A stretch of DNA of 64,000 nt, from NCBI GenBank assembly GCA_035356615.1, contig DAOQSN010000003.1:9835-73834 (forward strand). Direction: 5' to 3'. The notes beneath the pieces were generated by a model. The model worked only from the letters and a program-made list of their open reading frames with translations, made no database searches and had not been told where the DNA came from. Positions 57,091 to 64,000 of this stretch are shown piece after piece. The position numbers and the translations under genes are program-made. Positions within the stretch are counted from its first letter, which is position 1. Every line of letters begins with the position of its first letter. Source of the stretch: Phycisphaerae bacterium. Its GTDB lineage: Bacteria; Planctomycetota; Phycisphaerae; UBA1845.

Positions 57091-58395
57091 TCATGCCGCA
57101 GGTGGGATGGGTGGCTGGGGAATCTCGAAGGAAAACTCCGCCCAGCTTCCCTCCTGCGACTTGGCCTCCATGCGACCGCCGTGGGCGTGGATGATCCGCC
57201 AACAGGTGTAGAGACCGATGCCCGTGCCCTTCTGCTTGAGCAACTCCGGAGATTGGATTCGAGAGAACTTGCGAAACAGCCTGGCGCGGGCGCTTTCGGG
57301 GAACCCCGGCCCCTCGTTCCACACGGATACCGCCAACGCCCCCGCAGGCCGACTGACCCGCAGTCGCACCGTCCCACCGTCCTTGCCGTACTTGCAGGCG
57401 TTGCCGAGCAGGTTGACCAAGACGATCTTGATGAGTTCCGGGTCGAGAGTGACGGTCTGCGGCGGCTCGGGAATCTCACGGTGCATCGTGATCCGCCTTG
57501 CCTCCATCTGCGGGGCTATGATCTCGACGGCGGGGTTGATCAGCACCTCCAGCAGATCAACTTCTCGTACGGCAATATCGACCTGGCGGCCTTCAATCCT
57601 CGCCAGGTCCAGGTACTCCTGGATGAGGTTCAACAAGTACCTGCCTTTCGAGATCATCCGGTCGAGGCGGTCGCGTTGCGGGGAAGTCAGCTCGCCGAGG
57701 TAGCCGTCCTTCATGAGGGAGGCGTCGGTCATCAGCGAGGCGATCGGGCTCTTCAGTTCGTGGGTGACGAAGGCCAACATGCCGAAGTAGTCCCGCAGCG
57801 CGGCATCCAGCCGCTCGATCTGGATGGTCTTCTCGACCGCCTGGCTGAGCCGCTCGGCGATGATCTGATGCAGCAGGACGTGGCGGTCGTCGTAAGCGTG
57901 CGGGCGCCGCGAGCTGCGAAACAGAACGCCTACCACGCGATCCTCCACGATCAACGGGCAGGTCATGCTGGAACGCACGCCCTCGCGGACCAGCAACTTC
58001 GTGGAAGCACTGCCCGGATGAGCCTCCAGGTAGCGTTCCAGGTCGGTGATCACACGGACCGCCCGGCGTCTCAGAACCTCCGCCAGCGAGGTGTGCAGCA
58101 GGTCTTCCGCATAGCCCTTGCGCAGCAGGACCGGCTCATACGCCGCCTTGGTATGATAGGCAACCAGGCGCGCCCCGTTGTCCTCCACAAGCGCCAGGCC
58201 GAAACGATCGCACGGACTGATGTCGCGCGTGGACTCAAACACGAAGTCGATCACGGCCTCCAGCGACGGCCGGGCTGCCACCTGCCGGTTGATTTCGTCG
58301 ACGGCCATCGACTCGTGCGCCGTCAGCTCAGCCGCACGCGTCCGAGGATCGCCCACGTCTACGTACCGGACGAGTACCCGCTCCGAATCAGACAT
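57091..58395 (-). CDS. Cytoplasmic GAF-domain sensor histidine kinase (no adjacent response regulator)
   Basis: HisKA FVTHELKSPIASL. HATPase N box LLGNACKYG, G1 WNEGPGF, G2 GTGIGLY. The N-terminal region is GAF-like. Confidence 0.85.
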   Translation of the reverse strand: MSDSERVLVRYVDVGDPRTRAAELTAHESMAVDEINRQVAARPSLEAVIDFVFESTRDISPCDRFGLALVEDNGARLVAYHTKAAYEPVLLRKGYAEDLLHTSLAEVLRRRAVRVITDLERYLEAHPGSASTKLLVREGVRSSMTCPLIVEDRVVGVLFRSSRRPHAYDDRHVLLHQIIAERLSQAVEKTIQIERLDAALRDYFGMLAFVTHELKSPIASLMTDASLMKDGYLGELTSPQRDRLDRMISKGRYLLNLIQEYLDLARIEGRQVDIAVREVDLLEVLINPAVEIIAPQMEARRITMHREIPEPPQTVTLDPELIKIVLVNLLGNACKYGKDGGTVRLRVSRPAGALAVSVWNEGPGFPESARARLFRKFSRIQSPELLKQKGTGIGLYTCWRIIHAHGGRMEAKSQEGSWAEFSFEIPQPPIPPAA

Positions 58396-58699
58396 CACTG
58401 CCTTGCCCTTCTCGGTGTTCCTCATCTCACCGGTCGCGGCGACCCGCCGTCCGGGCCATGTCTGCCGTTCGCGCCGGCCAAGCGTGGCAGGGCAATTGGA
58501 CGCCAATTTGCCCGAGGGATCAAGGGGCCCGAGGAGAGGCTCCGCTCACCGGAGCGGGTACCCTGCTTCTTGCGCGGAAGGACCACGACGGTCCGTTGCG
58601 GGCTTCAAGACCGGGTAGCGAGTTATACGGTTCCTTGAGTCGCTAACGCAGGCTTCCTGCCTTGCAGGGAGGGGTCGGGGGGGAGTCACAACGACGCTT

Positions 58700-58735
58700 C
58701 CCCTCACCCTACCCTCTCCCCCAAGGGGGAGAGGG
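58700..58735. repeat. Dispersed repeat CCCCTCACCCTACCCTCTCCCCCAAGGGGGAGAGGGG
   Basis: Read directly; same family as the copies at 28484, 37220 and 41261. Confidence 0.85.
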
Positions 58736-58992
58736 GTCTCGTTAGACGTTCTTGAAATTCCGTGATCCGGATGCCCAGCGCATGCGTACTCCAGGTGGAG
58801 CGGATGACGCCGCGGGCACGGCCGCGGTCCGGTGGCCACGGCCGGTGCGACTACCGACGTTTTCCAAGACAGCGTATGGTCGAATCAGCTCCACGTATCA
58901 GGGAAACCGACAACGAGGCCGGTTTGGCTTGGCCAAGCGCAGCGCCGCCGTGCCTTCCCTCCGACCGGCGGCCGTCGCAACGGCATGCCGGC

Positions 58993-59064
58993 GCCTTTGG
59001 CTTGGGCATGCCACGCGCCTTTGGCTTGGGCATGCCACACGCCTTCGGCTTGGGCATGCCGCGC
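58993..59064. promoter_or_regulatory. 24-bp tandem repeat x3, each unit carrying a GGCATGCC palindrome, 40 bp upstream of the membrane-protein gene
   Basis: gcctttggcttgggcatgccacgc / gcctttggcttgggcatgccacac / gccttcggcttgggcatgccgcgc, plus a fourth GGCATGCC at 58982-58989. Confidence 0.5.
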
Positions 59065-59104
59065 TCCCAGTTCCCCATTTGCGTAGTCCTATTCAGAGGG
59101 CACC

Positions 59105-60664
59105 ATGTCCACACGCAACGATGACAGTCAACGTGCCGCGGCCGGAGCGGTTGAGTCGTTACCGAGTGGCACGCCCGCCGCCGTGAGTCGCGGCGAGTTC
59201 GGGTTGCTGCTGGTTCTGGTTCTCGGTCTCGTCGTGCTTGCTGATTGGCTGTTCTGGCAGCAGCCCCGCGGCTGGACCATCGGGGCGTATGGTCTGCTCC
59301 TGACCGGCGCTGTGCTCGCGTGGGAGCGGAGACTGCCGCGCCGGGTGCCCGCGGTTGTGGTTACGGCGGCGCTCGTGGCGTTGTTGGTACAGTGTCTTGA
59401 GGAACCGGGTCTTCTCGCCATGACCCTGAGCGTTCTCGGGCTGTTCACGCTGGGGCTGATCCTGAGAGAGGGTTGGTCCGCGAGTTCCGTCGAGTGGCTC
59501 AGGCGGTGGGTGCTGCTCGGGGTAATCGGCTGGCAGACGATGTTCCGGGACGCACACGCCTGTGGTCACGCTGCCGGAGGCGCAGGTCGGGGCGGCCTGC
59601 GATTTCTGCGCGGTTGGTCGATTCCACTGCTTCTGACCGTCCTGTTCCTCTTGCTCTTTTGTGTCGCCAACCCGGTTCTGTCCAGGTGGCTGTCAGACGC
59701 ATGGCACGGTGTCCGGGAACTGCTGCTTCAGCTCGTGGATTGGTCCCCCAGCGGCGGGCGCATCGTAATGTGGCTCCTGGTGGGCGTCGCGGTGTGGACG
59801 TTGCTGCGTTTCCGGTCCGGTGCAGGGGGCGGTCGATACGGCGCGAGCCCGGCGGCCGAGACGACCGCGTTGCCGTCGGTCGCCCCGACGTTCATCGTAC
59901 GCAGCCTGGTGCTCTTCAACGCGGTCTTCGCGTTGGAGACGCTCCTCGACATCCGCTATCTATGGGCGGGGGCCCAACTGCCGGCGGGACTGACCTACGC
60001 CCAGTACGCGCACCGCGGGGCGTTCCCGCTCGTGGCGGCGGCGATGCTGGCGGCGGTCTTCGTGCTGGTGACGTTCCGCGCCGGTTCGCGGGAGGCGTCC
60101 TCAGGCTGGGCACGCCGCCTGGTGTACCTCTGGCTTGCCCAGAACCTGTTGCTGGTCGCCTCCGCCGCCTGGCGGTTATGCCTGTACGTGGATGCGTACA
60201 GCCTGACGCGCTGGCGGGTAGCCGCGGCGATCTGGATGCTGCTTGTTCTCTGCGGCCTCGCGTGGATCCTCCTGCGCATCGTTGCCCGACGTTCGAGTGT
60301 CTGGCTGATCAACGTCAACCTGCTCACGGCGATGGTCGTCCTCTACGCCTGCGCGTTCGTCAACTTCGACGGTTGGATCGGCAGCTTCAACGTGACCCAT
60401 TGTCTGGAGGTGCGGGGCGAGGGACCGCGGATCGATCTGGCGTACCTCGAGCACCTGGGGCCGGAGACCCTGCCGGCCCTGGCGCGTCTCGTCGAGACGT
60501 CCGGTGATCCGACGATCCTGGCCCGCGCGCGGGCGACAATGCACCGCCTCGACGGCGGCCTGCGGGACGACCTCAGGGCATGGCGGGGCTGGACCTGGCG
60601 ACGCCAGCGTCTGGGGCGTATCGACCTTCCCCCGGAGGGTGGCAACTTGGCAGCACCCAACTGA
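59105..60664 (+). CDS. Polytopic inner-membrane protein (DUF4153/DUF4173-like)
   Basis: More than 10 hydrophobic segments. N-terminal ...LVLGLVVLADWLFWQQPRGWTIGAYGLLL... pattern. Confidence 0.6.
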   Translation: MSTRNDDSQRAAAGAVESLPSGTPAAVSRGEFGLLLVLVLGLVVLADWLFWQQPRGWTIGAYGLLLTGAVLAWERRLPRRVPAVVVTAALVALLVQCLEEPGLLAMTLSVLGLFTLGLILREGWSASSVEWLRRWVLLGVIGWQTMFRDAHACGHAAGGAGRGGLRFLRGWSIPLLLTVLFLLLFCVANPVLSRWLSDAWHGVRELLLQLVDWSPSGGRIVMWLLVGVAVWTLLRFRSGAGGGRYGASPAAETTALPSVAPTFIVRSLVLFNAVFALETLLDIRYLWAGAQLPAGLTYAQYAHRGAFPLVAAAMLAAVFVLVTFRAGSREASSGWARRLVYLWLAQNLLLVASAAWRLCLYVDAYSLTRWRVAAAIWMLLVLCGLAWILLRIVARRSSVWLINVNLLTAMVVLYACAFVNFDGWIGSFNVTHCLEVRGEGPRIDLAYLEHLGPETLPALARLVETSGDPTILARARATMHRLDGGLRDDLRAWRGWTWRRQRLGRIDLPPEGGNLAAPN

Positions 60665-60994
60665 TGCGTCCGGTCGCGGGCCCGCGGGCGCATGTCGTTG
60701 CACGCGCGGCCGGCTCTGCAAGTCCTGCCTGATCCCGAGGCTGTGTACCATCGGCGCTGGCGAGTCGGAGCGTGTCGAGGCGGCAAGCCGAGCGCGTGCG
60801 CTTCCCGGCTGCCCCCGTGGAAACGTCGTGCATGTGTCCGGTCCTGGGATCGGCAATCCCGAATCCGGACGCTGCCGGCCGGCCCCGGGGCCAATCCGTT
60901 GTTGCGACAACCCGGATTACACGCTGCTACGCCGGTTTTGGACGGTACACCGGTGCTGGCACGCCCTTTGCGAACGCAGGGGCGGAGGAAGTGC

Positions 60995-62248
60995 ATGGAT
61001 GTGCCGCGTCCATCAGTGGCTCGCCGCCGGCTCGTTCGCCGCCTGATCGGAGTGGCGGTGGCGGTTGGCATCGTGGCCGGGGTCACGTGGGGGCTGTCTC
61101 GCCTGGAGCCGGCGGCCCCCGCGGTGGAGCGGTCGGCCGTCTGGCTGGACACGGTCAAGCGCGGGGCGATGCTGCGGCAGGTGCGGGGCACGGGCAGCCT
61201 GGTGCCGGAAATGACCTGGTGGGTGCCCGCGGTTACCGACGGGCGCATCGAGCGGATCCTCGTTCTGCCGGGCGCGACCGTGCAGGCGGATACGGTGTTG
61301 TTGGAGTTGAGCAACCCGGAGCTCGACCTGGCGGCCGTGAGCGCCGAGTGGCAGCTCAAGTCTGCGGAAGCGGACCTGGCAGCCCTGCGTGTGAGCTTGC
61401 AGAACGAGTTGCTCACACTGCGGGCTTCCATGGCGCGGCTGGAGGCCGATCATCAGGAAGCCCTGTTGCAGCAGGAAGTGGACGAGGAACTCTTCGCCGA
61501 CGGGCTGACGTCGGAACGTCAGGTCAAGCTCTCCCGGGTGCGGGTGGAGCAGTTGGCGGGGCTCATCGACATCGAACGGGGACGGCTGGAGACGTGGGAC
61601 GCCTCGCAGGAGGCCCGGCTGGCGGCCCAGCAGGCACGAGTCGAGGAGGCCCGGGCGCTGCACGGTTTGAAGGCGGCGCAGGTTGAGGCGTTGCGGGTGA
61701 AGGCGGGCACGACCGGCGTGCTCGAGCAGGTACCGGTCGAGGTCGGGCAACGAGTGGGCGCCGGGACCGCCCTGGCCAAGGTGACCGATGTGCGGTCCCT
61801 TAAAGCGGTGGTGCGCATTCCCGAGACGCAGGCCCGCGACGTCCAGGCGGGGCAGCCGGCGGCCATCGACACGCATAACGGCATCGTGCGGGGACGCGTC
61901 GTGCGTGTGGACCCGGCCGCCCAGCAAGGTACCGTGGCCGTGGACGTCAAGCTGGAGGACGAGTTGCCCCGGGGTGCCCGGCCGGACCTGACTGTTGTGG
62001 GAACCGTCGAGATAGAGCGCCTGGAGGATATCTTATACGTAGGCCGGCCGGTGCACGGGCAGGCAGGCAGCACGATCAGCCTGTTCAAGCTGCGCCCCGA
62101 CGGGGTGACCGCCGACCGCGTGCCGGTGGAGTTGGGGAGCAGTTCGGTAGACACCGTGGAGATTCGGCGCGGACTTGCCGTCGGCGATCAAGTGGTTCTG
62201 TCGGATATGTCGCGCTGGGACGAGTTCGACCGCGTGCGTTTGCGTTAA
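60995..62248 (+). CDS. HlyD/MacA-family efflux periplasmic adaptor
   Basis: ATG at 60995 lies after GGAGGAAG. TM anchor. GRIERILVLPGATVQADTVLLELSNPEL lipoyl-like motif. Coiled-coil region. C-terminal barrel. Confidence 0.8.
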   Translation: MDVPRPSVARRRLVRRLIGVAVAVGIVAGVTWGLSRLEPAAPAVERSAVWLDTVKRGAMLRQVRGTGSLVPEMTWWVPAVTDGRIERILVLPGATVQADTVLLELSNPELDLAAVSAEWQLKSAEADLAALRVSLQNELLTLRASMARLEADHQEALLQQEVDEELFADGLTSERQVKLSRVRVEQLAGLIDIERGRLETWDASQEARLAAQQARVEEARALHGLKAAQVEALRVKAGTTGVLEQVPVEVGQRVGAGTALAKVTDVRSLKAVVRIPETQARDVQAGQPAAIDTHNGIVRGRVVRVDPAAQQGTVAVDVKLEDELPRGARPDLTVVGTVEIERLEDILYVGRPVHGQAGSTISLFKLRPDGVTADRVPVELGSSSVDTVEIRRGLAVGDQVVLSDMSRWDEFDRVRLR

Positions 62249-62323
62249 GGGAGGATGATCACCGCTGGGCGACGAGCGCGACCCGCGGTGTCCTGAGTCT
62301 TGAAACGAGAAGCGAGCAAGCCC

Positions 62324-63088
62324 ATGAGCGAAGTCGCGAAAGTAAGGCCCGGCCCCCAAGTCGTCGTCGAGCCGGTGGTCAGAGGGAACGGCGGGACCGT
62401 GCTGCTGAGGCTCGATGGCGTCAGCAAGGTGTTTTACACCGACGAGGTCGAGACGCATGCCCTGTCGGACGTGCACTTGGAAATCCACCAGGGGGAATAC
62501 GTGTCCATCGCGGGCCCGTCCGGGTGCGGCAAGTCGACGCTGCTGTCGATCCTGGGTTTGCTCGATTCGCCGACGGAAGGGGCGTACATGCTCGACGGCC
62601 AGCCTGTCGCCGGGCTGTCGGTGCAGCAGCGGGCCCGCATTCGCAACCGCCAGGTGGGCTTCATCTTCCAGAGCTTCAATCTCATCGGCGACCTAACCGT
62701 GTACGAGAACGTGGAACTGCCGCTGACGTACCGCGGCATGCCCAAGGGCGAGCGGAAGCAGCGGACGCAGCAGGCTCTGGACAAGGTCGGCATGGCCCAC
62801 CGGGTGAAGCACTATCCTGCTCAACTCTCCGGCGGTCAGCAGCAGCGGGTGGCCGTGGCCCGGGCCCTGGTCGGGTCGCCGGCAATCCTGCTTGCCGACG
62901 AGCCGACGGGCAACCTGGATTCGCAGAACGGCGAGGCGGTGATGGAGTTGCTGGCGGAGTTGCACCGCGGCGGCGCCACCGTCTGCATGGTCACGCACGA
63001 CGAGCGCTACACACGTTACGCCACGCGCACCGTGCACCTCTTCGACGGACGCATCGTGGACGAGACCCGGGCCGACGAGGGGCACTGA
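62324..63088 (+). CDS. ABC transporter ATP-binding protein (MacB/LolD-type)
   Basis: Walker A GPSGCGKST, signature LSGGQQQRVAVARAL, Walker B ILLADEPTGNLD. Confidence 0.9.
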   Translation: MSEVAKVRPGPQVVVEPVVRGNGGTVLLRLDGVSKVFYTDEVETHALSDVHLEIHQGEYVSIAGPSGCGKSTLLSILGLLDSPTEGAYMLDGQPVAGLSVQQRARIRNRQVGFIFQSFNLIGDLTVYENVELPLTYRGMPKGERKQRTQQALDKVGMAHRVKHYPAQLSGGQQQRVAVARALVGSPAILLADEPTGNLDSQNGEAVMELLAELHRGGATVCMVTHDERYTRYATRTVHLFDGRIVDETRADEGH

Positions 63089-63244
63089 TCCACCAAGCGC
63101 GGCACCGTAGGGAGGGGGCAATGCACTTTGCCAGGCGACACGTTCGAGGGGCGCAGTATCGGTTTCCGCCGTGCGGGCAGCCAGTCCGCCCGACGGCGAA
63201 CCTGGGCCCCCTGGCGGCCCTGAGACACGAATGGGGTCTGGACT

Positions 63245-64000
63245 ATGCACTCGCTCATTGAGGACATCCGCTTCGGGCTTCGCATGCTGGCGAAAGCGCC
63301 GGGGTTCACGGCCATCGCCGTGGTCACGCTTGCCCTCGGCATTGGAGCCAACACGGCCGTGTTCAGTTTCGTGCACGGCATGCTGCTGCGGCCGCTTGGC
63401 TATCCCCACGAGGACCGGCTGGTGTGCCTGACTACGGCGAACCCCGTGGAAGGCTGGTCGGGAGCCAATGCCTCAATCCCGGATTATCTCGACTGGCGCG
63501 CGCAGAACACAACATTTGAGGACATGGGGATCTACCTGACCTCCAGCTACAACCTGACCGGTGGGGAGCAGCCGGAGCGGGTCAGTTCGGTCGGCGCGTC
63601 TGCGAGCTTGCTGGCGGTCCTGGGTGTCGAGGCGGAGATCGGCCGGGCCTTCGGTCCCGACGAGGACCAGTCGGGACAAGAACGCGTTGCCGTGCTGTCC
63701 CAGAGCTTCTGGCAACGCCGATTCGGTGGGGAGCCAGGCGTGGTGGGTACTACGGTCACGCTGGACGACGTCCCGTACACGATTCTCGGCGTGTTGCCGG
63801 CCGGGTTGGAGCGGGCCTGGGGGCGGTTCGATGTGTGGACACCGTTTGCCATCTACGATAGCGGAGGAGACCGGGGGTATGGGGCGTACCAGATCTTCGG
63901 CCGACTCAAGCCCGGTGTCAGCGTGGCTGAGGCGCAAACGGAGTTGGCGGGCATTGCCGCTCGACTCGCGGAGAGCTATCCGGAGACAAACAAGGGCAAG
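63245..64000 (+). CDS. FtsX/MacB-type ABC permease (ADOP-family-like N-terminus), 3'-truncated by the window edge
   Basis: My own translation: MHSLIEDIRFGLRMLAKAPGFTAIAVVTLALGIGANTAVFSFVHGMLLRPLGYPHEDRLV... The frame stays open to nt 64000. It is absent from the ORF track because it has no stop. Confidence 0.8.
   Translation, partial: MHSLIEDIRFGLRMLAKAPGFTAIAVVTLALGIGANTAVFSFVHGMLLRPLGYPHEDRLVCLTTANPVEGWSGANASIPDYLDWRAQNTTFEDMGIYLTSSYNLTGGEQPERVSSVGASASLLAVLGVEAEIGRAFGPDEDQSGQERVAVLSQSFWQRRFGGEPGVVGTTVTLDDVPYTILGVLPAGLERAWGRFDVWTPFAIYDSGGDRGYGAYQIFGRLKPGVSVAEAQTELAGIAARLAESYPETNKGK

Overview
High-GC (about 65-70% by eye) bacterial chromosomal window. The mix of PEP-CTERM, dockerin-like and Cys-rich secreted proteins, plus GC-rich hairpin repeats, suggests Planctomycetota or a related group; this is inference only. 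Housekeeping genes are 2-oxoacid:ferredoxin oxidoreductase korAB, gmd, a GT2 glycosyltransferase, aspartate kinase, an RluA-type pseudouridine synthase, RNase R and a MacAB-like efflux set. Accessory content sits between them. (1) A single-chain Type IIG restriction-modification gene carries three palindromic insertions. One insertion holds a complete nested four-helix-bundle (23S-IVS/Avd-type) gene. (2) A Type III-like module has a frameshifted Mod gene, a helicase-only Res gene and a separate small TnsA/PD-(D/E)XK nuclease. It is interrupted by a second hairpin-repeat family that carries a GxxExxY nuclease-fold gene. (3) A minus-strand operon encodes a secreted lipase-like hydrolase, three diverged tandem lipoprotein-like paralogs with chimeric duplication scars, and a 1324-aa dockerin/beta-propeller protein. 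(4) A ~6-kb integrative element lies in tRNA-Arg(ACG), flanked by 50-bp direct repeats. Its integrase ORF crosses the att site and would gain a different 81-aa tail after excision. (5) A lower-GC mosaic at 53.8-57.1 kb holds an orphan 377-aa gene, an MqsR/zinc-finger toxin-antitoxin pair apparently sitting inside a split HU-like gene, and a GH57-like gene remnant. Several cohesin-like and dockerin-like surface proteins and a C25 (gingipain-type) peptidase are also present. No CRISPR array and no rRNA were seen. Many long ORFs in the supplied track are antisense artefacts of the high GC content. All family assignments come from motifs read by eye, with no database search.
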